34,411 nt of DNA from Catajapyx aquilonaris (GCA_000934665.2 KZ539102.1:1-34411), one strand, 5' to 3'. Shown: positions 13,025 through 25,258, counted from the first letter of the stretch. Made by a program: numbers and translations. Notes: generated by a model not told the origin, from the letters alone.

Positions 13025-13321
13025 CAGTGGCAGAAAGGAACAATTTTAAACAACATGTTTTTCTGTGTAGGTCTAATTCAATAAAATACTGTATAGTAGT
13101 CTAATAACATCATTACGATCAATTTTATGTAAAAGTAGTACAACCAATGCAATGATGTGATATAATGTCAATTTAAAAGTTCTAACCAGATTTGTGTTGG
13201 AAAACTGCAATGAGTGAAAAAGTAAGTTCGTTTCAACTCCAACCAAAGATCATTAATACCATATGAAATGTTGCGAGTCAATTGAAACACCATTACCATT
13301 GTTTTTGCTCTTCTGCCACTG
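13025..13321. mobile_element. Possible old hAT-like MITE
   Basis: Terminal inverted cagtggcagaa / ttctgccactg (11 bp perfect) with a hAT-like CAGTG start. The flanks (ggcataaa, tggccctg) show no 8-bp TSD. Confidence 0.3.
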
Positions 13322-16300
13322 TGGCCCTGTACACTCTAGGCCAAAGCAAAACTCCTGAGTTTGAGACAGAAGTCTTCTACACAATACGGCTACGATGTGG
13401 TGTGGTATAAATAAACACAATTCATGACACCTATAAATTGATGTACTGCACTTCTTTCCAATACATAACGCGCGTCACAATAAAATTGGCATCTAATAGT
13501 CATTTAATTTGAGGAATAATCGTGATCCAGCACTGTACCCGATGGAAATTGGTTTTCTGGAATATTGTTTGGCGTGTGTTTTCCGTCGTAACATTAAGCG
13601 GAGACGGCAGGAAACTTTTGTTGGCCATTAAGGAATCCGTTGATTTGACTTTTCTCCCCCCAAATTGATTCTTAAAGTGGCGGAGTTGGCTTGATCGCTT
13701 GCTCGGAATGCAAGCAGCTTTAAAATACGAGACGACGTAGGATTTCAAATGTGCTTCCCTTGCCGCATGAAAGGATTTTGAACTTTCTGCTTCTATTTGG
13801 AAGGAAGGAAGGGAGAGAGCGAGAGGCTGTTCGATGTGATTAAACTAGAGCTGAGGACGATTTCTACTTGACTTTATTTTATTTTTATTCTTCCTAGAGC
13901 AAGCGACTAGCGAGCAAAAGTCCACTTTCTCATTTATTCTGCATGCATTGTATTTGGTGTGGTGGAGAGGCGAGAGAATCCGACTGCTCCATCCGATAAC
14001 GATATCAGAATTTGGACGGATCCTGGGATTGGGAGCCATGGAGGGGGGCGGCGGGTAGAATATCCTCGGATTTGTTGGTTGGCATTACGTCGGGAAGCGA
14101 AATCATTTCGGTGTGCCAGAGACGGGGATTGGTGGATTTGTCGCTTCTTCGATATAGGCGCTGCGATAGGCCAGTAACGATGTGCTGGGGCTTCCCCTTG
14201 TTTCCCTAGACACTCAAGTTGGGGAATCAGAATTTACTCCGCCACATGAATGGACTTGGGGGTCCGAAATTTAAGCGGAACCCTAGTAGGGTTCGCATTG
14301 TTAGGATACGGTGTTCTGATTAGCATATCAGGCTGCAGACGTTTTTCGCTATGAGGGCTCGGTAAAACCAACTATAAATAAGGTACTGTGGCGAAGTTTT
14401 CCCTTCTAACGACCGCCTAAAACTTGGAATCATGCGGAACGAAAAAGCAGCTATAGCAATGCTCGGAATTGCAGTTTCCACTAGAACGGCTCCACATCCG
14501 AGATATATTGTAACGTATAGACAAACTTTTTTTTTTGCTTTCTTTCTTTCATCTTGTATGCACCAACGAAACCTGCTCCAACATTAATAAACTAGAAAGC
14601 AGATGAGATGTACAGAAAGACTCGTGAGTTTTTTGCTCTGCAGAGTAGTAAATTACAGGGCATGTATGGATATACCCGGAAATGGAAAAGTTTTATTAAT
14701 AGTCAGAGGTTAAGTCCGGAGGCGATGCGAGATTATTGAAATTTAGCTCAAGTTTGAAGTTTTTTGGGCCAGGATTTAGGGAGGACGAGGAAAAAAATTC
14801 ACTTCATTTCTCGATAGCAACGGAATTCGATTTGGTTTGGTTTGATTCCCATGAATCGTTATATCCAAGGCGGGGAATTTTCGTTTCTCCTGGACCACGG
14901 CAAGATTTGCTTCTTCGATCCCCCTTTTCGACTATAAATTTCCGGAAGGTCATTCTGAACCCAAGTCGAGTTGATCGAAACTCCTCCTCGGCCTGCTGAG
15001 ATGCTCCAGTTGGAACATATCTGCTTTTATTGACTCGGTGCTCCACCAATAAACCACCTACGTCTTTTACATGCCCTACCTCACAAAATGATAAAGAGTT
15101 CCTAATTATAACGAGCAGTTTAGCCTGTGGCGTTAGGGAAACGAATAAGGATTATTTTATTGGTTTTCTCTTCTGCTGGTTATCCGCTTACAATAATGCA
15201 TCCTCTTCAGACAAAACCCCTAAGTAGCGAATAACGCTGATAGAAATAAGTAGGATGAATATCACAATGCGCTCGATTTTAATTTGATGACATGCCCAGT
15301 GAGTAAGCTGATAATAGCACCGTTGTCTCTCATAATATTCACGTAACTTTCCGGATGAGCAAAACCCATACTTTGCCCAAATGAAGCTGCTATTCATTTG
15401 AAACTGCTGTAAAAGGTCACTATTTTAAAATCCCGTGTGTACTGCACTGTAAAGTACACACTTTAAATAAATTGAATCGCCTTTTGTTGGGAAATATTTG
15501 TACTCCCCTGCAGCGCACTACAGTTACAATGTTTGCAGCGAAAACAGGCGAAGAAACCTCAGTTGGTAAATATTCGAAATAGCGTCGCATAATAATGTAT
15601 TTATATCTGGTGTGTCCTGCAGTCGTCATCTAGGAGCCCTATATAGTCTGGAGAGTGGGATGTAACTGCCATGGTAATGCATCTAAAATGTTAGAAGGAA
15701 ACAACAAGTTATTTCCCATGCCTAAGTAAACCCGCTCTCTAGACTCAAGGGCCTAGGTCTAGACTGTATCTTTCCATGTAAAATTACGTAAGGCATTATT
15801 CGAAGAAAAACAGCCCTTTAGAGAGACAAACAGTCATAAAACTGGCTTTCCACGTGCCAGATTTGTATTTCGAATAATGCAGAAACGCAACAAAGACTGG
15901 AGCGGAACGTTGGTGCTCCTTGAATAATGATCAAATAAGACTTTTTTTTCCCCCCTTTGGAATCCTGAATGTAGATTAAAATTGGAGCTGAACAAAGCGG
16001 CGTTTGTTAATCCTTCATCTTGAAATAAAATTCGTTTTTTAATCGTCCGTAACGCTTCTAGTCCAAGAAAGAGTGGAGCAGTGAATTGCAGGGTTGTGAA
16101 GAGAACGCCATTCACTTAGTAATGGGAAATCCGGATGGAAGTCTGGATATGCTCCTCACAGACGGGATGTAAATCATGGCGCACCGGCAGCAGGAACGCG
16201 ATTTCGATCGCTTCCTTTCCGTATTTTAAGTCTGAGAGAGCTATTGAAGGCTCCCCTAACGGTAGTCTTAGACTTCAGTGGCAATCGTTAGTCGCTTCGC

Positions 16301-17195
16301 GACTTGACAAGTTGCTAGCGAAGTGGAGTGCAAGCGGCAGTCAAGGTGGCACTGCCACAAAATACGGACCCCTATATTTTCTCTTCCAATGCTTTGCGGT
16401 ATCGGCCTATAGCTTTTCCGGGCCCTCTCTTCCAAATATTCTGCACTGGGATTGTTCTTCATTTCTGGCTGGGCTCCAAAACCAATTGGTCGGTTAACTC
16501 TCATAGCTGATCGTGTCCTGCAACGGAAGCTGATCCATACTAACCATCTTTTATTGGATGTAATATTGGGATTTTAGGCAGGCTGGAGAGAGAGCTGAAT
16601 ATCCGGTGTATTATTATCAGTCATGTTCGTTGTTGTTGTGGCCTAGCCTGTAGATTACAACCGCACGCGTCATTTGAACTAAATAGACTGGGCAGTGAGG
16701 AGAAATCCCATTGTACAATACACTGTTTAGGGCCAAAATCGGCTGTGTTCAATTTGAATTTAATTAATTACTTGTTGAGTATTGGACTACGCATCACACT
16801 TCGCACAATGTGTATATAGCTGCAACATTATATATATCAGCACTTTGTTGTTTTAGACATGAGTCTGGATAAACTTTCAGTATAAGCTATTGTGTTCACC
16901 ATCAATTGTTCGGCTTGGACGTTGCGTCAAGATAGCTCCCAAGACACATTGTAAAGGAGGGGAATCGCAAAAATTCTCGGCTTGTTTAGTATTCTGTAGG
17001 TGAGCAACATCTATATTGGAAAAGTGCTTGTTAACTTGCAGCTTATCTGAGGTCAGTTTCAAAAGCATTGCCCTGCAGTAGTCAATAATTTTTACAGCAT
17101 CCTTTTTTGTAGGATATTATTTTCACATAAGTTGAATCATTGGTATACAGTACACAATATAAGTAGCACTAAACTATGACTTCAATGCTATAGCA

Positions 17196-17428
17196 CAGTG
17201 ACGTAGCCAGGATTCCAGTTCGGGGGGGCAATCCGGGGGGGGGGGAGGGGGGCATAAACCGAAAAGGGCGGGGAGAAGGCCCGTCGCAGGCGAAATTTTT
17301 TGGGAGTTCAAGGTCACACGAGTTTAGGTGAATGTGGGAGATTTCAATGGGAACTTTGAAAAAAGAATTTTTTTAAATACACAAGTTTCGGGGGGGGGGG
17401 GGGGCCGCCCCCCCTGGCTACGTCACTG
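17196..17428. mobile_element. hAT-superfamily MITE (233 bp)
   Basis: Perfect 16-bp TIR cagtgacgtagccagg / cctggctacgtcactg and perfect 8-bp TSD ctatagca (17188-17195, 17429-17436). Internal G-tracts. Confidence 0.92.
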
Positions 17429-20400
17429 CTATAGCATTATGCGGAGTAAAGGTTAATAAACATCGCGTTGTTGTTGCATCATCACATGGCATACACTACT
17501 TCCTTTTTTGTGCGGGGAGGGGGGTTCGAAGAAAGGGCAGAAAGGCTCACTTGTTGTAGTTGTTGCTTGAATTTAAACGTCAAGTAGTTGCCGGAATAAA
17601 CAATCTATAACTTTTAGGCATCCTTTTCTTAAACTGGATGCTCTGGAAGTGCACACCTTGTATATGCATAAACATAACAGACTTACAATAACCTGAAGTA
17701 ATATAATTACATCACGAAGTACAAGTTTAATTTTTCTGCAGCAGTATTATTTCCTGTCGCTGATGAGCCCAAGATCTCAGGGTCGGAAATCCGATTCTAT
17801 CCCCAAGGCAATGAGTTCTAAACCAATTAAAATCTGGGAGAGGGGAGGGGCACAAGGCGGGAGGGAAGATACAGTTGTCTCTCAAACGTATACCTACAAG
17901 TAAAAGTTAAAAGCTAATGTTTTATACATTTTTGGAACATCACACTTTATCTAATATATAAGACCTTTCTGTAATACCCATAAGTTTAGAATAATTTAGA
18001 CAGTGCCTGGTTAGATCAGTAGAGCACTCCCACGAGAGAAGACGTTCTGAGTACAAGAGATCTAACGAATATTTTATACTGTAAAACCGAACAAATGCAA
18101 TGCTGACAACCATTTTAATAAAATGAAGGCAAAATCTATTTGTAACGTTGTATGATACAATGAATTTCCAAGAGAGGAAGCGGAGAGAGGCAAGGGGTTT
18201 ATACTGTACACATGGTTCCTAGGCAAAAAAATGAGATCTAAGAGAGGGGAAGGGCCCCTCTCTGATCTACTCTGACTCCTCCACAAGCTCCAGGGAGTAT
18301 CTGATAGGAATTCATTTACACCCTGTACATCTGATAAATATACATATTTTTGTGACTAAGTTGCTAAGCTGTTGCCCAAATAATTCCCATAGGAAGACTC
18401 CTCGCTCTCTTGCTCATTTATCCCATTTTTAAGTTTAATTGGGGAAGAAAGTTGATATGTCTCGTTCTCCTCTGCCTTCCTTCCTCCATCTAGTAAAGGA
18501 TTAATTTTTGTTAAACCCCATTTGAGGGCAAGCGCCCTTTTAGGGGGACAGTAAAGGATTAACTAAAAACATGCAGATGTCTGCAATGCTACGATGTAGT
18601 GCATCAGTTTCTTCCAAATAAATTAATTTTTTAAGGAATATCGTATTTGTACATTAAGCAGCGAAACACTCCATTGATTCAGGATAAGTTATATGAAAAA
18701 GAAGTAAAACATTCCGATGCAAATTCTATTACACCTCTTAAGTTAGAAAAATAAAATATCACAAATTCTTATGGGAAATATTATGTACGATAGGATATCC
18801 TCCGATATCCCCCATACTATCTTTCATATTATCTCTAGGGTACATTATGTATGCCAATGAAATATAAAACCTTACTCTTCTAAAGATAGGAAACCGAAAG
18901 GTGACAACATGACTTTTGATTCAGACCAACACTCATTAAAATACATCTCAGCAAGTACGAAATCCTGTGTCACAGGTCACTCTACAGAAACTACCGTGAC
19001 CGAGGCACAGGCTATTCAAGTTTGTAAGGTCGTCTCTAGTTCCGAATCCTGTAGGATCCCCCTGAAGCAAATTGCTGAGGTGTATCAGACGCCCAGCAAA
19101 TGCGAAACCGGGCCCCTTGCAAAGTTACACTGAGTGCCAAACTTTGATGACCCGTATCTTCCCCCGGGTGATTTCGGGAGCCAGTAGCCTACATTACCGG
19201 ATTCACCACTTCCTGCTTCCTCTTTACCACAAGGTCTGAACTAAAACTGTGGTGGTCAGCATGGAGGTAAAACGTAAGCGATGCCAGCACATTCAGCAGG
19301 TTATTACCATTTACCCTCCAACATACTTAGCCATATTTTGCCCCATTACATTGCACTGGTTTTCATAATTATAACAGTAATCTAAGATTTTAAATAATGC
19401 ACGGAAAATAGAGAACGATCTGATGTCATCAAGGTTTCCATGGAAATACCCTCACAGAACAATATGAGTAAACAGTGTCAGCAAAAAGCAACAATGGAAG
19501 AAACGATGACGTCAGATCGTTCTCTATTTTTCCATACATTACAATAGGTGTGTGCATGCATGTTCTGTATCTCCTACAGCATTTACTTAGAAAAGTGCTA
19601 ATGACTTCCAAAAATAACAAATGATTATCCAAATATTATGCTGCACTCAGAATTTCAGGAATAAGTTTTGTGACAAAAATAATTACCGTATATTAAAATG
19701 TTCTTTACTGTAGGCCAATGCCTTATCCCAAATGCTCATCGAATTACTTTTTGTCCCTTTAAATCAGTATTTCGTGGCTGGGGTGAGAAACATGGCATTA
19801 TTTCCACACAATAAGGCAGCAAGTGCTACGCCCAGATCGAAACAGAATATCCGTGAAATGCCTGTGCTCTGCTTGCGCTGCAGGAAACAACGTATGACAA
19901 GGGCAATTTATCTTCCACCATAAATAAAGTGGCAAAATGCAAGCCAGAATCTGGTGTCGTTCCAACATCAACACTAAGGCCGCATTAAAAGAGAGCCTGC
20001 AAAAGTCGGAACACAGGATTCTTTTCAGGTCTAGCAAATTATATACAATAGCACATTGATTCTGTGCATTTCATGCTTTATTTAGCCCATAATGTAATGG
20101 ACTGCTACCAACAAGACTTGCCACGTTAGAATTCTCGAATTCGGGGGGAAAAGTGCATAAGTTAAAATATTATTTTTTTGAATTATGTACTTTTTCCCGC
20201 GCATCCGAGAATTATACGTTTTACATTATAATTACTTTTCTTATAAATCCCAATCCTTCAAAATCTTAACCTCAAATTTTTTTTTCTCTTTCGAAGAGGC
20301 GTTTGATACCTCAGCTTTTCAAAATAACTGTCTGCTCACTTTTTCCATCGCTCCTGACAATCCCCAACCCCATTACCTCCAACCCCCTTACAACATGTAT

Positions 20401-20663
20401 CAACCAAAATAATCATCCGCATATCATTATTATAAGACCGTGGTACAGAGAACACTGGCAGTAAAAATACAGTCCCAATTTAACCTGGCCTCACGTAGGT
20501 AGGGATCCTGGTAGGGAATAGGGATGTATAGAATTATGTTTTGGGAAGTATTTCCAAATTCCGATGTAGTAATAACACTACCCTGGACCATGTCACCTCC
20601 CAGGTTGAATATTAATAGGATTATTCCAAAATATAACAATGTTGTAACGACCCCGTCATTATC

Positions 20664-20722
<59 letters not shown>
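20664..20722. repeat. (AAT)19 microsatellite
   Basis: Directly visible; explains the poly-Ile in ORF 20524-20727. Confidence 0.97.
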
Positions 20723-20723
<1 letters not shown>

Positions 20724-20869
20724 GTAGTGGGGATTTGGCCGTGCAGATCTGGCACACTATCCATCAGAGAGTGGTAATAATAACAATAACAGAGTGCATA
20801 GCAGAGTCACAGATCAAGCGCGCGCGAGGGGGTGAGGAAAAATTGTAGGTGCGACAGTATACACACATA

Positions 20870-21199
20870 CCGGGTAGACGTCCTTCTCATCGAAAAATCG
20901 CGAAAAATGTTTCTTGCGATGGACAGACGGCTGTGTGAGGCCGGTACATTGCGAGGCAGGCGAGATACAGCAGGTACTGTACGTACAGTAGTACAGTGTA
21001 TTGTACACCTGTACTGTAGTATACAGCACTGCACTGCACTGGCTGGATAATGCCTGTGTACAGTAGTGTACGGTACTCTAGCAGTACTATATCGCACATC
21101 ATGACAGGTGCCCCTCGTACCGCACTCACCATGGCAATGGAGGAAGACGTTCTGGACATGCTAGACATGGACCCATTGATCAGCACCCGTGCAGTCGGT
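20870..21199 (+). pseudogene. Tc1/mariner transposase N-terminal DNA-binding region remnant (DUF4817-like HTH, linker, second HTH), left arm
   Basis: PGRRPSHRK / frameshift / RKMFLAMDRRLCEAGTLRGRRDTAG, then a 134-nt insert, then APRTALTMAMEEDVLDMLDMDPLISTRAVG. This resembles the insect Tc1-like pattern YPxRRxPxxxTFxxxxRRLRETG...GRPRT...EExVLxxVxxDPxxSTR; the comparison is from recall, not a search. Confidence 0.75.
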
Positions 21200-21269
21200 A
21201 TGCGTACTGTCAGTACGGATACCGTGACTATAGCAAATGTTGGAACTGGCACCCATTCGCTCGGATCCT

Positions 21270-21658
21270 CTCATGGATGATCCTGCACACATTGGAATGA
21301 CTTATGTGCACTCTGCGACCGACTTCACGGGTGCTGATCGATGGATCCAGGGCTACCATGTCCTGAACGTCTTCCTCCATTGCCGTGGTGAGTGCGGTAC
21401 GAGCAGCACCTGTCATGATGTGCGATACAGTACTGTTACAGTACCGTACACCACTGTACACAGGCATTATCCAGCCAGTGCAGTGCCGTACTACAGTACA
21501 GTGTACAGGTGTACATCACACTGTACTACAAGCTATACTACTGTACGTATCTGCCGTGTCTCGCCTGCCTCGCAATGTACCGGCTCCAAGCAGCCTAGCC
21601 GCCTGTCCACCGCAAGAAACATTTTTCGCAATTTTCGATGAGGATAACGTCTACCCGG
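21270..21658 (-). pseudogene. Tc1/mariner transposase N-terminal DNA-binding region remnant, right arm
   Basis: PGRRYPHRKLRKMFLAVDRRL ... GAARTALTTAMEEDVQDMVALDPSISTREVGRRVHISHSNVCRIIHE; the STRxxxRxxxISHSxVxRIxH segment is a typical second HTH. No DDE/D catalytic domain is present. Confidence 0.8.
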
Positions 21659-22445
21659 TATGCGTACCGTCATTCCTTCCTGTACAGAGACCTGTGCTCG
21701 ACATCCTCCGCCATTTCCCGGTGCATCGTTGCAAGTGCTGGTCGCGGAGAGGTGTTGCCCAGGTCCAAGCACGGCACCATGCTTTGCGCGGGAAGGCGGA
21801 AAAACATGAGAGCGCCTTGTTCAGTGCAACCCGCACGGCTAAAGAGCCGCTGTGCTGTACGCACAGCACCCGCCTTTCAATTCGAACAGAAAGGATGTGA
21901 CGTCACGCCATACTAAAAAATTAATTACTACCTTATTTCTAATATATTGTTTTATAAAACCGACCGGGGTTGTCGCCACCTACGATTTTTCTTCGCCCCC
22001 TCGCGCGCGCTTGACCCATGACTCTGATACACCCTGTATATGACAACTATAGTGGCCCAGGGCCACTAGGAAACTAGCACGAAGCCTGCCTCCGCCAGGC
22101 CATATTCGGCACTATACAGTAGAACAATAATGGATAGGCCTTGATAGGCCTCCTTCGGCCTCTTAGGGGATAATCTTTTAAATACCCGACTTTAATCATT
22201 CCCTTTGCTGTGATGGATTTTGATACTCTGCAGTAGAACAAAATTCAATCGAAATTTTTACGTTACTGAACTATCACTGCTATCATTATAAGGAAAATAT
22301 CACAAAAAATGATGTAAATCACTGTAATATTATTATGCTTGTTAAAATCGTAGGAAATCCGAAGTGGAAAATATGGAATTCCCGCGTTTCCCCCCCCCCC
22401 TCCCCCTCCATGCTCACCATCCTCTCCATGGAGATCGCCTGCACC

Positions 22446-22485
22446 NNNNNNNNNNNNNNNNNNNNNNNNNNNNNNNNNNNNNNNN
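22446..22485. other. Assembly gap (40 N) next to a poly-C tract
   Basis: Run of N. Confidence 1.
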
Positions 22486-24860
22486 CCCCCCCCCCCCCCC
22501 CCCATTTTGAAACTTATATACTTTGGCATCGAATTCGAAGTTGTCCACCTTGAAAACTCAACGTGCCCAATTTTCACGCTCATAAAACTTCACCCCTCCC
22601 TTGCTGTCGGTTTTCACGACGTAAATTTCATTTGCAAATAGCACTCACCCTCCTCCTTCTTGCCAACCCTCCATCTTCCCCCACCAACTTAACCATTCGA
22701 CCAGGAAGGGATTCAGCAATGTAACTGTCTTCATATACAGTCGCAGAAGAGACGCCTCCAGTGAGTACGTTCAGCAACAAAGGACAATCCTGTGCAGAAT
22801 TTTGTTTCCATGTTTGAAATAGCTGTCGGGCCGAAAATAACTATGTAACGGCTCTTTTCAGTCGCAATAGCAGCTATCTGGATACTACCCGGGCAGGTAT
22901 ACATCGACTCCATGTTTCAGGCACACATAAAACCGAATATCCACATCAGTGATTGTAAAACGAAGTATGTGTCGGATGGTACTGAACAGGTCAGTAATAA
23001 CGTAAATGTAGGTAGTCGAGGACCATCAGGCTGAATCCGCTGTAATGGAAAAATGATGTCCTATCGCAGTGCGCGATCCACAATGTACCTCTTGTTTCTT
23101 TTATGCAACTACAGTAGAATACCGATAACCATATTCACCTTTGTTCGGGGGGAGAGCTCGGGAGGAAAAAAAAAAGTATTGAATTAAACATGGAGATGTT
23201 GGTTTGTGCGGGGAATCGGGGAGTCCAATTTTTCAAGTGCAATGGCTGCAGTCGTTGGCACTATTGTATCACGCTTATCGATTTTATCTTCTGTGTGGCG
23301 GGTAAACGATGCAAGGAGGAAGCGAGGGTAAAAAATGGGAAAGGAGAGAAAGTGAGAGGGAGCATGACACAAATTTATTGGGAGTGCTTTTATTTCCCCG
23401 GGTCTTTTTCCCTCCCAGCGAAGGCCCCCACTAAAATCGCGGGTTTTCTTCCAACGGTGAAGAATCTAGAGCGGGGAGGAAAGGAGGGGGAAGGAGGGGG
23501 AAGTCTGGATTTTTGACGGCGATGGAGACTGCGGATTCCTTTTGTAGCCGGGAACTGTACAGAATCATAAATCAAGCTCCGGTTTTTTCGCGCCCTTTTT
23601 CTTGGAAAAGGGTTAATTGAGTCACCCAATCCTTGTCAGCAAAGAACCGAGAAAGTTGTGGATATTAGAATCCTATTCTGCGCTAGTTTGCTGGTGACGT
23701 TTCCCAAGTGGGGAGAAAAATTCGCCGAATTTAATTTACTCCTTGAAGGAACTGCATTGTCAGGACCGGAAAATACTGACGTTTAACTGTGCGTGATTCT
23801 GAAGGTTTTTCTTAAAAACTGCAAGGTATGTCATTTTCCAAGTGAGTAGTTTATGCTTAACTATTAATCAATTTTTATCTGGACTGTCTTCTGTTCCATG
23901 GTTGTGCTGTAATTTTTTTTTTGCACCCTTTGGGTTGACTTCAAGGTTCAGCGTTGGTTTCCGGATACGTCAGTGCTCGGTGTCACGCAGAACAGTCTGT
24001 AGGTTTGAAATATAGCAAATGGTTCTGCAACACGACAGGGAACCTGTACACGCCTTCCTGCTAGTGAGATAAGTAGGGCAGTATTTTTTGATCTGGCGCC
24101 TTGAGATTTCTGTTTCTGCGTGCTTTGCTCAAGTTTAGAAAATGATTTAAAGGGTTGTAATTATGATCCGCAAGGGAAATGTTAAAACATGGGCCGACTC
24201 ACACCTGAAAACAATTCTGCGAAATTCACCCCACCCACCTCCTACACTTTTTTTTATCGAGGAACGAAATTCAATTTTTCGACTCGTAAAGCCAAATCCG
24301 TCACGTTTAGATGTGGCATTTCGTTTGTGCAACTGGGGATTCAATTTTGACGAGTGGAATCCGACAGTCAAAGTATGAATGGCGAAACATTTCCGTCGGA
24401 TGCTAGTGGTACTTGAAACCAAGCAAAATTTTGACAGGAAGCGTCAGTTGCAGTGGCACTAGTAGTTTCGCTCGGAAAAGCGTCATTTTCTGGATGTTGG
24501 ACGCCATTTCTGCTATTTCGGGTCTCACGAAATTACCATACAGCAATTAAACAACATACAGTTGACGCGCGTCCAAAAAGGGGGCGATGAAATTTTTGTC
24601 GTGTTTTTGTCAATGCTGATGCGACGCAACACTTTAGAAATGATGTTTGATTTAGGCTGGGTAGTCTGAACAAATTCACACTCACAGTTTTTGTAGTGAA
24701 AAACATTCAGAGAGGGGCGATCCAATTTTCCTGATTTTAGCACCTAAGAATCGTGAATAAACCTCAGCGAGGCATATCCATGGTGCACAGAACAGAAAAA
24801 TCTATGACTTGTACTTCTGTAAGTTACCGTTATTGGATTTTGCTAATTTTTTAACGATTT

Positions 24861-25183
24861 GGGGAAGCGTGGTGGCCGACCGACTCGGCTTGGTGATCGG
24901 CAGGTCCCGGGTTCGATCCCCACCTGGGAGCTCCCTTTCGACTGCGTCAGGAGGGTCTCTGACCCGCGCCTTGGATGCCTCTGGCAACCTATACCTCCAG
25001 GGAGACTGCACATGACCCAATATTCCGACAATGCCTCTGCAGGTGTGTCTCCTCCCCAAAAATCCCTATCCCAGCCTACCCTGCGTCCTCAAGTCCTTGC
25101 ATGAAGATCGAAGAAAAATTAGAAATTTGATTCAAATGGTGGTACTCCACCTCCCTAAAAGGGCTCAGTTCCCTCTAACGGGG

Positions 25184-25241
<58 letters not shown>

Positions 25242-25258
25242 GTAATAGTAATAATAAT
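24861..25258 (+). mobile_element. tRNA-derived SINE with (AAT)n tail
   Basis: GC-rich head with an A-box-like tggccgaccga (24873-24883) and a B box GGTTCGATCCC (24910-24920). (AAT)n tail at about 25185-25260. Degenerate TSD aattttttaacgattt (24845-24860) / aaattgtcaacgattt (25259-25274), 13/16 matches. Confidence 0.8.

Larger units (their letters stand above)
20790..22036. mobile_element. Tc1/mariner-derived foldback element made of two inverted 5' ends
   Basis: The right end reads TA|CAGGGTGTATCAGAGTCA on the minus strand (TA at 22037-22038). The left end is a degenerate copy (aa|cagagtgcatagcagagtca). Outer arms 20790-20856 / 21971-22036; inner arms 20866-21199 / 21318-21662. A hand alignment of 21108-21199 with its partner gives 82/92 identities. 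Both arms carry transposase N-terminal remnants. Confidence 0.85.

Noticed and set aside
15634..15752. Degenerate hairpin MITE similar in size to 4431-4548
   Set aside because: Only about 14 bp of imperfect inverted match and no TSD.
20807..22043. Dense cluster of overlapping ORFs on both strands as a novel gene system
   Set aside because: Explained by the GC-rich inverted transposon arms; only the fragmented transposase frames are meaningful.
22050..22078. Helitron 3' end (hairpin tagtggccc-a-gggccacta followed by CTAG)
   Set aside because: The CTAG is not followed by T and no matching 5' end was identified.
24861..24930. tRNA gene
   Set aside because: A B box is present but I could not form a full cloverleaf, and the body, AAT tail and TSD indicate a SINE.
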